DNA from: Cenarchaeum sp.
Lineage (GTDB): Archaea; Thermoproteota; Nitrososphaeria; Nitrososphaerales; Nitrosopumilaceae
Direction of reading: 5' to 3'
Assembly (NCBI GenBank): GCA_963692915.1
Contig: OY843584.1
Coordinates: forward strand, 1,472,001 to 1,536,000
Length of the DNA stretch: 64,000 nucleotides
The notes below the pieces were generated by a model. The model was not told where the DNA came from, did no database searches, and saw only the letters and a program-made list of their open reading frames with translations. The position numbers and the translations under genes are program-made. Shown piece after piece: positions 49,660-60,335 of the stretch (positions are counted from its first letter, which is position 1; each line of letters opens with the position of its first letter).

Positions 49660-50148
49660 CATATAAGCAAAGATCGGCAAGAGTGACTCGTCATTTTTTC
49701 TGTACGTTGATGGCGTATGGATCCTCATTAAGCGAAAGCTCGCTACAGGGTGACGGAGATTCGGCGTCATCTCTTTCCGGCATGATTCATGGTCAGAATG
49801 CATTGGAGCCGTCGTTCCCGGAAGCTCTCCGCCTGCTGGATGCCATATTGGGTGCATGGTAATTTATTGACTCATTAGTTGTTCATATACTCAAGGTGGT
49901 TCCAAAGCGCTCCCGGACTCGTCTGAAATGTAAGCGGGTCGGTTGAGAGCAGGCATATGATCTACCCATGCCATGACGTTTATAATGGGGCAATGGGGCT
50001 CTCCGGCTTTGATGCTTGGGAGAACTAGTAGTCTGTCACTCAACAGCCCTCTGTTCATTTGCATTGAGCATAGTAAAGCTAGAAACATTGATTATCTTAT
50101 CACGTTTCGCGTATTACTCCTAACGCCTCATTTGGAGTACTGTTCTTA

Positions 50149-53100
50149 ATGACATCGAGCCGCCTTATTGATAACAAAAATATTCATTTTCATAAAAAAT
50201 TTACAGAATATTGCAACGATAGCACTTCCATTAAAATTGCTACCGGTTATTTCTATGTGGGTGCCTTTAACATAATGTATGATGACATTATGAAAGTGAT
50301 AAATCATCCATCTGCCGACTTGAATCGTCCTCGTATAACAATCATAATGGGCATTGAAACTGATCAACCTACAGCAGCAGCATTACAATCTGGATACGCT
50401 GAGAAAAAACTTCGAAATACTATAAAACATTATTTAATAAACGATCTTAACAATTCTTTTATTAATTGGGATAAAAATACATTGGAAAAAATTAGTTCTC
50501 TTATAGCAAATAATGACATTCAAATTAAAATTTATTCTAAAGGGAAATTTCATGCAAAAGCATATTTGTTTGAAGGCACTGAACCTAGATCTTCTGTGGC
50601 CATTGTCGGCTCTTCAAATTTCACTCCACCGGGTTTGGGTTTAAAATCAATGCATGATGGTAATGTTGAGCTAAACCTTGTGACGCAAGATTCATTCTCT
50701 GAAATTCATGACTGGTTTGAAAATGTACTCTCTGATTCTGAAGAATTTAATAATGATCTTTTAACAATCCTAAAAACTTCTCAGCCATGGATTAATCTTA
50801 TTCAAAATGATCGCAATTTTGTATCTCCAACAACTTTATTCCTTATCATGGCAGCTAAAATATTAAATGATGAGCTTCCGGTTGATTATCAAGAAAATGA
50901 TACTCTTACCGAATTTCAGAAAATTGGTGTAATTAGCGCAGATCGAAAAATTGAAAATCTTAACGGTGTTTTAATCTCTGATGCCGTTGGTTTAGGGAAA
51001 ACTTATATTGCTATTGAGCTTATAAAACTTCGTGGCATGGATAACACACTTCTCATTGTTCCAGCCAGCCTTAAAAATAATTGGTCTGAGGAATTACTAC
51101 ACAATAATGTTCGCAGCCATGTGGAAATACTTTCAATACAAGATCTGAGTCGTTTACAAAATCACAAAATAGAAAAATACCAAAACTATGAATTTATAAT
51201 AATTGATGAAGCGCATAGATTGAGACATTCGGCTCGAAATCATTATAAAAATTTACAAAAGATAACTGACTCCGGCCCCTCAAAACAATTTGCGTTGCTT
51301 ACCGCAACTCCGATCAATAATTCGATTATTGACCTCAAAAATCTTATTAATATATTCATTCATGATGCCGATCTACTCACTCTTGATCCTAGTTTAGAAA
51401 TGTCTGCTTTTGATGATTATAACAAGCTCCACAATAAAATTTTACAGGGGTTGGTTACTCATAATGAGCCTGCATATGATGCTTTAGAAACTATTAAAAA
51501 AATTTTAGCAGAAGTTATGGTTCTTCGAACCCGTTCGAATATCGCCTCTCGTTACCCTGTTATAGAAATTGATGGGTTCGAATATAAGTTCCCCCCCCCC
51601 CCCCCGCGAATAAATCCTATTGAATGTGTTTATCCACTTACCTATCTTAACATACATGATGCAATAACACAGCTGTTCAAAGATCTTGAGTTACCACACG
51701 TACGCGCTGCAAATCCATCGTCGCCAGCATTCATAGGATTATATCTGTCTCATATTTTTAAACGACTTGAAAGCAGTATTCATTCATTTTTTTGTTCTTT
51801 AGAAAACTTACGTTTGGCAGAAACTACCTTTAAAGATAACATAAAAAAACACGGCCTTAAAAAAGCGATTGAGCATCAGTGGTGTGATGACTCAACTTCT
51901 AATAATAAAATCATTGTCGAACATTTAGATAATGAAGGATTTGAACATGATGAATTTCCAAACATAGATGCATCGGATGTTCGTTTAGTTATAATTGACA
52001 AAAATAATGATCAATCCACTTTAACTCAATCTAGAGTTCTTGAAGCTATAGATGCTGATTTAACACGCATTTCTGATTTTTTCCAAAAATACACAAACTC
52101 TGTTCGTTCAAATGAGTTTTGTTATCCTGACGATCCTAAAATTATTGAATTGATAAAAATTATTAAAAAATATACAAATGTAAAAATCTTAATTTTTAGT
52201 CAATATATAGACACAGTTGAATACATTTATGAAAATTTAAAACCTATTTTCACAAAAGTAGACTGGATTGTTGGTTCTCCTACGCTCAATCAACAGACCA
52301 CATCGCATCCCCGGAATGTTAAAATTGGTATGTTTGCACCGATTGCTAATAATTATAATGGCGATGACATTCAAATTTTAGTTGCATCAGATACTATTTC
52401 TGAAGGTGTCAATCTCCAAGATTGTTCTTTGATTATTAACTATGACTTGCCGTGGAATCCAACTCGATTGATTCAACGATTGGGCAGGGTTGATCGAATA
52501 GGGAGTACTGATCAAACTCTTGCTATTAACTTACTTCCTGATGCTGTTTTCACTACCACTCTTGATCTTTTGCAAAGAGTTGCCGGAAAAATTAAAATTC
52601 AAGCGTCTGTTATCGGACTTGAAAATCCTCTATTAACACAATTTGATCCTGTGAATCAAAGAACCATTGGAGAATTGCCTATTCAAGAAATCGACGTTAG
52701 TTTAGAAAAATTACGTCATACTAAACAGTATGGTGATTATGAAAAAGTAACTCAGCATACACTTTTAGATCTTGCCGAAAAACCTGATTCTAGTCAGCAA
52801 GCACTTGATCTCAGACGTCTGATTTCTAACCTTGGTTTAAATCAAAAATTTAACCAAATTAAGCTAAATACTGAATCAATTACATGTCCTTATACCATAA
52901 TTGATACAAATAAGAAAAAACAATTTGCGTTTGCGTTATATGTGCATCAACATCGTTCTAAAAACAAGCTCGTTCCATTTGTCATAATTAGTAATAATGG
53001 TGACACGCAGGTTTTGGACAAGTATGAAATTCTTGATCTCTACAAATATGATAATGCAATCCCATTACATTCTGTGCCTCTAGACCTGCGTTCATATCTT

Positions 53101-53520
53101 TTAAATGAATGGGATTGCATTGACAATCAAAATCAAAAATTACTATCTCAAAAAAACGAATTGTATGGGCCGGGCCAAACGAAAATTTCTATGTCCAAAT
53201 TACAAAAACGTTTACTGGTTGCTATCCATGATGTACAATCGTACGGCCCCTCTCTTCACCCCAGTATAGATTTGTCCTTAGTTGAGAAACTTGAAAGCTG
53301 GCTAAAACGAACACCAATTCGATCAAATCACGCAGATCAGTTTGAACAGATTGTGGGCATGTCTATCGAACAACTATTTCAGTGTGACACTGAGAAATTA
53401 ATCTGCGTAATAGATCTGTTCAAAAAACAACTTTGTTTAAAACATCCTTCATATGACCGTTCTATTCCCAAACGTGGTGATATTCGTGCCCACATTGTAT
53501 GTCGAGGTGCTTTTATCTAA
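50149..53520 (+). CDS. PLD-nuclease + SNF2/SF2 helicase fusion (restriction-type subunit)
   Basis: FHAKAY...GSSNFT PLD motif; DAVGLGKT, DEAH, TATP, EGVNLQ and QRLGRVDRIG motifs; strongly AT-rich. Confidence 0.88.
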   Translation: MTSSRLIDNKNIHFHKKFTEYCNDSTSIKIATGYFYVGAFNIMYDDIMKVINHPSADLNRPRITIIMGIETDQPTAAALQSGYAEKKLRNTIKHYLINDLNNSFINWDKNTLEKISSLIANNDIQIKIYSKGKFHAKAYLFEGTEPRSSVAIVGSSNFTPPGLGLKSMHDGNVELNLVTQDSFSEIHDWFENVLSDSEEFNNDLLTILKTSQPWINLIQNDRNFVSPTTLFLIMAAKILNDELPVDYQENDTLTEFQKIGVISADRKIENLNGVLISDAVGLGKTYIAIELIKLRGMDNTLLIVPASLKNNWSEELLHNNVRSHVEILSIQDLSRLQNHKIEKYQNYEFIIIDEAHRLRHSARNHYKNLQKITDSGPSKQFALLTATPINNSIIDLKNLINIFIHDADLLTLDPSLEMSAFDDYNKLHNKILQGLVTHNEPAYDALETIKKILAEVMVLRTRSNIASRYPVIEIDGFEYKFPPPPPRINPIECVYPLTYLNIHDAITQLFKDLELPHVRAANPSSPAFIGLYLSHIFKRLESSIHSFFCSLENLRLAETTFKDNIKKHGLKKAIEHQWCDDSTSNNKIIVEHLDNEGFEHDEFPNIDASDVRLVIIDKNNDQSTLTQSRVLEAIDADLTRISDFFQKYTNSVRSNEFCYPDDPKIIELIKIIKKYTNVKILIFSQYIDTVEYIYENLKPIFTKVDWIVGSPTLNQQTTSHPRNVKIGMFAPIANNYNGDDIQILVASDTISEGVNLQDCSLIINYDLPWNPTRLIQRLGRVDRIGSTDQTLAINLLPDAVFTTTLDLLQRVAGKIKIQASVIGLENPLLTQFDPVNQRTIGELPIQEIDVSLEKLRHTKQYGDYEKVTQHTLLDLAEKPDSSQQALDLRRLISNLGLNQKFNQIKLNTESITCPYTIIDTNKKKQFAFALYVHQHRSKNKLVPFVIISNNGDTQVLDKYEILDLYKYDNAIPLHSVPLDLRSYLLNEWDCIDNQNQKLLSQKNELYGPGQTKISMSKLQKRLLVAIHDVQSYGPSLHPSIDLSLVEKLESWLKRTPIRSNHADQFEQIVGMSIEQLFQCDTEKLICVIDLFKKQLCLKHPSYDRSIPKRGDIRAHIVCRGAFI
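51591..51605 (+). repeat. C15 homopolymer tract inside the helicase gene (currently in frame)
   Basis: TTC CCC CCC CCC CCC CCG encodes FPPPPP. Confidence 0.9.
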
Positions 53521-56340
53521 TGTTACCATTTACAAATATGTCACAAATTAAATCTTATTTTTCAGATTTAGGTTTTCGTGTTAAATCTCATAATAAAATC
53601 ACCAATCATGCTGCGTTGGTCGTTGATATCGATCTTCATAATGGTTTTATTATTGTGAAATCATGTTATGATGGCAATAAATTCATTGATGAATCTGCCA
53701 TACTTCGACATCTTGGTCGTGATATTCGATATTTGATGATTATTGATACTGATGTGGGCGCTGGAATGTTTGTAAAGCATACACTTGGAAGTACTGGACA
53801 TATTAAATTTCAAAAATATCGCTTCAATAAAAATTCTCGAACAGCTGCCACTCTAATTGGCGCGTTAAAACCAGAGACGTTCTATTCATTTGAAGATTTA
53901 TTTAATACTGAAAAAATTGTTGCAAATTTTTATTCCAAATACACAAAACATCTTTCTAATCTTGTTGATAGTCTTGAAGGTATTTCTAATGCTGACGATA
54001 AAAAACATTACGCAGATGTAATAATGTCTCGTCTAATGTTTATTCAGTTTTTACAAACACGTAATTTTTTTCAAAACAAGCATTTTCTTCTCAATAAATT
54101 TGCTGAAATCAATCATTCAAATGAGTCTTATTATAAATTTCTCCGTATGCTGTTTTTTGATATTTTAAATAAACCTAAGACACAACGACCTCAAAACCTG
54201 ACTGAATATTCCAACATTGCATTTCTTAATGGGGGTTTATTTAAAGTTCATTCGCTTGAACACAATTACTCAAAAATTAATATTCCCAATCAGATTATTT
54301 TTGAACTTCTGACTTTTTTAAAAGATTATACATGGTATGTTGATGAAACTAATGTTTTTAGTGACGGGATCAACCCGGAAATTCTCGGCCATATATTTGA
54401 AAAAACTATCAACGACCAAAAACAAAAAGGTGCGTTTTATACACCTGTTGATGTCACTCAATTTATTTGTGACCACACAATTATTTCGTATTGTATCGAA
54501 CAGCTCAATATAAAATTTAGTACTAATTATGAATTACATAAGAATTCCATCAATGAAATTTGTCAAAATTTTGACCAAGCACACTATTTGTATTTCAAAA
54601 TTCTTAAACCCCTGACTATCCTTGATAATGCTTGTGGTTCGGGCGCTTTCCTTCTTACTGCATTTGGACTTTTGCTTAATTTGTATGAATACCTCTGGAA
54701 ATCCATTTGTAATTCTACCGACGCTTCTGTTCAATCTGAATTTAGATTCATTAATAAATATTCTTCTGTTCACTATTATTTTCGCCGGCGTATCGTAACT
54801 GAAAATCTTTTTGGTGTTGATGTTGATGAAGGTGCTATTGAGGTTTGTCGTTTACGTCTTTGGCTTGGCCTTGTAGCTGATATGGATGTCGAAAACCCTG
54901 AACCATTGCCTAATATTGATTATAACATTCTTCTTGGAAACAGCTTGTTAGGGTTTGTCAATTCTCAACCTCTCCAATCTGACCTCATTTCTAATATTCC
55001 CACAAAAAAAGATTACAAACAAATTGTCACACTTAAGAAATTATACAATAATACGTCTGATCCACAACGCGCAAGCTCGATCAAAAATCGTCTTGATCCA
55101 CTTATCACTACATGCCGTGAACAGCTAAATGCTGCTCTTTACATGGTTAAAAAAAAAATATATTGTACCCCAGCATGATTATCAACCATTTCATTGGTTG
55201 TTAGAATTCTCTGACATTATTCATGAAAACCAAGGATTTGATATTATTGTTGGCAATCCGCCATATGTTGAAAAAGCTAAGGTTAATTACTGCCTTCAAT
55301 TTCAATTACTTAGCTGTGGCAGCACATATGCTTATTTTATTGAACGATCATTAAGTTTGCTTAAACCTCATGGAAAACTTGGTTATATTGTTCCTATTTC
55401 TGGCGTCTCCACACCTCGTATGAGTCCCCTAGTTGAACACATGATGTCTAAATGTTCTAACATTTCTATTAGTAATTATGATGATCGTCCCAGTAAGATT
55501 TTTATGGGTCTACAAGACTGCCGCTCTAGCATTTTTATTTGTACGGTGTCTCCGCCACCTCCTGCATCGCCCACTACATCTACGTGTACTGTACACACAA
55601 CTGGTTATACACGTTGGAACAACATTGATCGTCCAAATTTATTTGTAAACATAATTAAACAGTCAATAGATTCATCACAATTTGTGTTAGATCCGCGTTT
55701 AGGTAAAATTATACCCAAACTAGCAAATCAACAAGAAATAAAAATTCTAAATAAATTATTGGCAAAATCTTCTTCTATTGCTCAATATGTCAGGAAAAAC
55801 ACCCAAAGTCAACCTGACGATTGTTATCCTGTTTATTATCATAACACTCCTAGATATTGGATTCATGCTACTGCCTCTGAGATCAAATCAGAACGTATTA
55901 TAGGTGATGAACATAGATTTGAATTATCTGCTCAGCTAAAATCACTTTATTGTGATAGCGCAAATATCAAAATCGTAATTGTCGCTCTTTTGAATAGCTC
56001 ATTATTTTACTGGTGGTATGTTAAAATTTCTGATGGGCGACATTTAACTGATTTAAACATAAAACAATTTCCTATCGATATTAATTCTATAATCCAAAAT
56101 AAAACTATGTTTAACAAACTATCGCAACTTGTTCCCCGTTTACTTACTGACTATAAGAATCACATCCGTTATCAAAAATATGATCGTGAAGGTGGGATGC
56201 TAATAATCCCAGAATACCGTCCTCGTCACAGCAAACACATAATAGATAAAATTGATGATCTTTTTGGTTCTCATTATAATTTTACAGCATCTGAGCGCAC
56301 GTTCATCAAACAATTTGATGTTGCTTTTCGGTGCTCATGA
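53520..56340 (+). pseudogene. Eco57I/TaqI-like N6-adenine DNA methyltransferase split by a frameshift at an A10 tract (55149-55158)
   Basis: ORF ending at 55178 has FLNGGLF, GAFYTP and motif I LDNACGSGAF; the next frame (to 56340) has PFHW..EF, motif IV GNPPY and a TRD-like tail; A9 would join them as ..YMVKKKYIVPQ.. Confidence 0.85.
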
Positions 56341-56528
56341 TCGCCCTCTAATGTTGTTTAAACTACTATTTTAGTTGCTAGTCGATTATCTGAATTCTAA
56401 TTATTGCTGTTTTACCCAAAAATGGACTCCGGGTCTTCCGTACATTTTGGTTCTCCACCCTTTGTGCGTCATGGGAAGTCGCACTCCGATGATCGCGCAC
56501 AACACCGTGCGCACTAAACCTCCCCCCA

Positions 56529-57767
56529 CTACCTCCGCACTACCCCAATCCGCCTCCCAATCTCGTCCTGCGCCCTTTGCGCCTCGGGCATCCTCTTGAG
56601 GGCCTCCTCGGCCTCACCAAGGCGGCCCAGCGCAATTAGCGCACCGCCCATTCCCAGGTGGCCGGCGACGATGTCAGGATCCAGCTCGACTGTACGCTCG
56701 TATGCGCCCAGGGCCTCCACGTTGCGCCCAAGCAGGGTGAGGGCCAGGCCATGGTTGATGTGCGCCCTGGGGTTCTCGGGGTTTATGCGAATCGCCACGC
56801 TCGCGCTCTTGATGGCCTCCTCGGCCCTGTCCATCGCGTTGAGGATCATTGCGCGATCAGAGTGCCCATCATCATTGTCGCCGTCCAGCTCGATCGCGCG
56901 CTCTGTGACCTCTAGCGCCTCGGCGTTGCGCCCAAGGCCAAAGAGGGCACGCCCGAGATAGATGTGCAAGTTGTACTCTCTGGGCTCCAGCTCGATCGCG
57001 CGCCTGTACTCCTCGACTGCCTCCTCGCTCTGACCGCGCAAGCGCAGCGCCGTCCCCTTCCTCGAGTGTACACTCGCGTCTCCCTGGCCAAGCTCGATCG
57101 CGCGATCAAGGGCATCGATGGCCTCCTCACAGCGGCCGGACTCGAGGAGGATCATGCCCCTGCAGCTGTGCGCCTCGGCGGCGTTTTCGTGTTTTGCGAT
57201 AAACGTGTCTAGTCCTGCCAGTGCCTCCTCGCTGCGTCCGGCCCTGTGCAGCGCCTCGGCGTGACACTTGTGCGCCAGCGCCGAGTCGGGCGTCATGGCC
57301 ACCGCCTTGCCTGCTGCGGCCACTGACTCTTCATGGCGCCCCGCTCCTGCCAGGATGATCGACTGCACATCGAGCGCAAAGTTGTCATCATGCTCTAGGT
57401 CCACTGCGCGGCTCACCGTGGCCAGTGCCTCCTCGTGGCGCCCAAGCGCGCAGAGCGCCAACGAACGGAGCGTGTGCGCCCTGGCAGAGTCGGCACTCGC
57501 CCTCACGGCACGCTCGGCCACCTCCATGCCATCATTGGGCCGCCCCGCCTTGAGATGGGCCATGCCGAGCCTGAACATAGAGTCAATGTCCCCAGAGTCA
57601 AGCTCGATTGCCCTCTTCCAGTACGCCATGGCATCCTCGTCACGGTTCAGCGCGCATAGGGCGTAGCCCATGCGCCTTTGTGCGACTGCGTCATCAGGCC
57701 TCTCGCGCACCGCCCGCTCGCACTCCTCTAGTGTCATCGGCATGGCCTCCTCGCTCCCCGAGCCCAT
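56529..57767 (-). CDS. TPR-repeat protein (array copy 1)
   Basis: About 11 TPR repeats; start MGSGSEEAMPMTLEEC after a conserved promoter cassette. Confidence 0.9.
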   Translation of the reverse strand: MGSGSEEAMPMTLEECERAVRERPDDAVAQRRMGYALCALNRDEDAMAYWKRAIELDSGDIDSMFRLGMAHLKAGRPNDGMEVAERAVRASADSARAHTLRSLALCALGRHEEALATVSRAVDLEHDDNFALDVQSIILAGAGRHEESVAAAGKAVAMTPDSALAHKCHAEALHRAGRSEEALAGLDTFIAKHENAAEAHSCRGMILLESGRCEEAIDALDRAIELGQGDASVHSRKGTALRLRGQSEEAVEEYRRAIELEPREYNLHIYLGRALFGLGRNAEALEVTERAIELDGDNDDGHSDRAMILNAMDRAEEAIKSASVAIRINPENPRAHINHGLALTLLGRNVEALGAYERTVELDPDIVAGHLGMGGALIALGRLGEAEEALKRMPEAQRAQDEIGRRIGVVRR

Positions 57768-57811
57768 GTCCCAGGCTGTCACGGGGCTGCTCCTATAATT
57801 TTTGTCCTGCA
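57768..57811 (-). promoter_or_regulatory. Duplicated BRE-TATA promoter cassette of the TPR genes (also at ~59201-59244 and ~61470-61513)
   Basis: GC(A/G)GGACAAAAATTATAGGAGCAG..CCGTG.CAGCC.GGGAC-ATG repeated before three TPR genes. Confidence 0.8.
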
Positions 57812-57994
57812 ATCAGGCCCTGTCCACAAATGATCCCTCGATTCATGCTGACATCTCTCAAACCGCTCAAGACTGCGCAGGGCTCTCGCCCGAGGACGCT
57901 GTGGGCCATGCGCCTGCCCTGCGCAACATCCGGCCGCGCTGTGCGCCCCAAATCTCCCCTGCCAGAACCCCGCCATCCCAAAGCGCCCTCGCGC

Positions 57995-59200
57995 CTAGTC
58001 CTGCTCCTTTTGCGCCTCGGCCGCCCTCTTGAATGCCTCCTTGGCCTCTGCATGGCGACCCAGCACGGCCAGCGTCTCGGCCCTCCCATCGTGGCCGATG
58101 TCCATATCTGGCCCCAGCTCGACTGCGCGTTCATAGGCGCCCAGGGCCTCCTCGTTGCGCCCAAGCAGGGAGAGGGCCATGCCGTGGCAGATATGCGCCA
58201 CAATGTTCCTCGGGTTTATGCGAATCGCCACCTTGGCACTCTTGACTGCCTCGTCGGCCCTGTCCAGCCTGTTTAGAGTCTCCGCGAGATCGCTGTGCCC
58301 CTCATCACGGTTGCCGTCCAGCTCGATTGCGCGTTCTGTTGCCTCGAGCGCCTCGGTGTAGCGCTTTAGGCGAAGGAGGGCGCGCCCGAGATAGAGGCGC
58401 AACTTGTACTCTTTGGGATCAATCTCGATTCCGCGCCTGCACGCCTCGGCTGCCTCCTCGTGCCGACCGCATCCGAACAGCGCAATCCCCATCATCAAGT
58501 GAACCTTCGAGCCTCCCTGACCACACTCGATCGCGCGATCAAGGGCGTCGATGGCCTCCTCGGAACGTCCGCTCTCAAAGAGGACAGTGCTCCTGTAGCA
58601 GTGTGACTCGGCGTCGTCTCCGTCTGCTGCGATGAGCGCGTCGAGCTCGGCTAGCGCCTCCTCGCTGCGGCCGATCCCGTGCAGCGCCTTGGCGCGATGC
58701 ATGTGCGCTGATGCCGAGTCAGGATTCAGCTTCACCGCCTTGTCTGCTGCGTCCACCGCCTCGTCCCTGCGCCCCAAGCCCACCAGGATAACTGACTTTA
58801 ACTCGTGTGATATGCTATCGTCAGGATTGAGCTCGACTGCGCGATTCACCGCCGCCAGTGCCTCCTCGAAGCGCCCAAGCGAGCCGAGCGCCAACGAACG
58901 GAGCCAGTGCGCCTTGGACGAATCAGCCCTTACGCCAATCGCGCGCTCGGCCGCCTCTAGGCCATCATTGTGCCGCCCTGCCTTGAGATGTGCAATACAG
59001 AGGTTGACTAGCGAATCAAAGCCCACGGGATCGAGCTCGACTGCCCTTTGCAAGTACGCCAGCGCCTCCTCGACGCGACCCAGACTGGTCAGCGCGTCAC
59101 CCATGCGCCTCTGCGCGACTGCGTCATCGGGCATCTCGCGAACCGCCCGCTCGCACTCCTCTAGTGTCATCGGCGTGGCCTCCTCGCTCCCCGAGCCCAT
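57995..59200 (-). CDS. TPR-repeat protein (array copy 2)
   Basis: Collinear paralog of 56529..57767; true start at 59200, not 59719. Confidence 0.9.
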   Translation of the reverse strand: MGSGSEEATPMTLEECERAVREMPDDAVAQRRMGDALTSLGRVEEALAYLQRAVELDPVGFDSLVNLCIAHLKAGRHNDGLEAAERAIGVRADSSKAHWLRSLALGSLGRFEEALAAVNRAVELNPDDSISHELKSVILVGLGRRDEAVDAADKAVKLNPDSASAHMHRAKALHGIGRSEEALAELDALIAADGDDAESHCYRSTVLFESGRSEEAIDALDRAIECGQGGSKVHLMMGIALFGCGRHEEAAEACRRGIEIDPKEYKLRLYLGRALLRLKRYTEALEATERAIELDGNRDEGHSDLAETLNRLDRADEAVKSAKVAIRINPRNIVAHICHGMALSLLGRNEEALGAYERAVELGPDMDIGHDGRAETLAVLGRHAEAKEAFKRAAEAQKEQD

Positions 59201-59255
59201 GTCCCGGGCTGCCACGGGACTGCTCCTATAATTTTTGTCCCGCAATTGGGCACTG

Positions 59256-60023
59256 TGTTTTATACGAATAGTAGACTCACTCATTCGAGTCCTCCTCCAC
59301 CCACCCCGGGTTCTCGGCCCTGACCCGCTCGTCGGCTCTCCGCCTCCTGAAGGCCAGCAGGGGCGTCTCGCCAGTCTCCATGTCGAGGGCAAAGTGGAGC
59401 CTCTCCTCGTTATAGTACCCGATGAACTCGGCGATCCCGCCAAAGTGGTCGATCTCCTCCTCGAGCGTCTGAAAGAACCTTCTGGCCTTGCCGCTGGTCC
59501 GGGAGTGGCCGGCGCGCGACATGACGTGCGATATTCCGGCATCGCGCAGCTCCCGCTCAAAGAGCGTCGGCGCCTGGCCGCGGCGCGGCGTGCCTCGCCG
59601 GCTCGCCGTGAACTGCTTCCCGTGGTCTGAGAGGACCTGCGCCGGCGCGCCAAACCTCCCGATCGCGTGGTGCAGCACGAGTACCGTGTTGCCCTCCGTG
59701 GCCTCGGAAAAGACGCCAAACCCCGTCACGCACCTCGACGCGTCATCAAGGTACGCGACGAGGTGCGAGCCCGCAAGCGGCCCATATTTCATTACGTGCC
59801 AGCCCACGTGCCACATCGCATTAGAGTACTTTCGCTCAAAGCGAACCCACTTGCGCTTCTGCGGCCTTGCCCCCGAGCCCTTGGCTGTGCCATCCGCTGG
59901 CAACATGTGACACGCCGCGCCGTGCGCTATTTTTGCGTTGTTGCGCCGCACGCGCATGACTGGGCGAACCGCGCCGACGGGGCTGCGCGGGTGCCCGCCG
60001 AGAGCCTCGTCGAGCTGCGTCAT
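59256..60023 (-). pseudogene. Decayed IS481-family copy (one TIR retained, catalytically dead transposase remnant)
   Basis: TIR TGTTTTATACGAATAGTAGACT at 59256-59277; homologous to 41226..42164 but WHVGWH (D to G) and SGKARRF (E to R); 5' end lost. Confidence 0.85.
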
Positions 60024-60092
60024 GCGGGGCCAGATTCTGGCGATCGCACACTGCGCCCCTTGCGCTTACCCTGACGCTTGCCCTTTAGCGCG

Positions 60093-60260
60093 TTAACGCC
60101 GCGCTCCTCCCACAGATCGACCCATTCTTCGACCTGCCCTGCCTTTAGCTCCACGTTCATCTCCCTCCCTAGCTCCCTGGAATGCATAGCCCAGGTCGAC
60201 TCGCGCCCCGGCGTCATCGGGTCTATTGCGAACAGCCCGTTCACACTCTTCTAGCGTCAT
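60093..60260 (-). pseudogene. Truncated TPR-gene remnant
   Basis: MTLEECERAVRNRPDDAGARVDLGYAF matches the shared TPR N-terminus, then frameshifts and stops next to the IS remnant. Confidence 0.7.
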
Positions 60261-60335
60261 CGGCGCGCCGCCCTCGCTCTCCGGGCCTGCCGTGCCGCGC
60301 TCACCGCGTCCCCCTGATGTGATAGTTTCCTGTTT

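Noticed and set aside
49456-49857. Poly-proline ORF across the G21 tract
   Set aside because: No recognisable domain; the proline run only reflects the homopolymer, and the ORF overlaps the nuclease gene end.
50149-56340. Complete DISARM or BREX system
   Set aside because: No drmA/B/C, pglZ or brxC homologs are recognisable; only the helicase-PLD and MTase are present.
57995-59719. Transposase-TPR fusion protein (574 aa)
   Set aside because: The extra N-terminus is an off-frame reading of the IS remnant; the conserved promoter cassette fixes the start at 59200.
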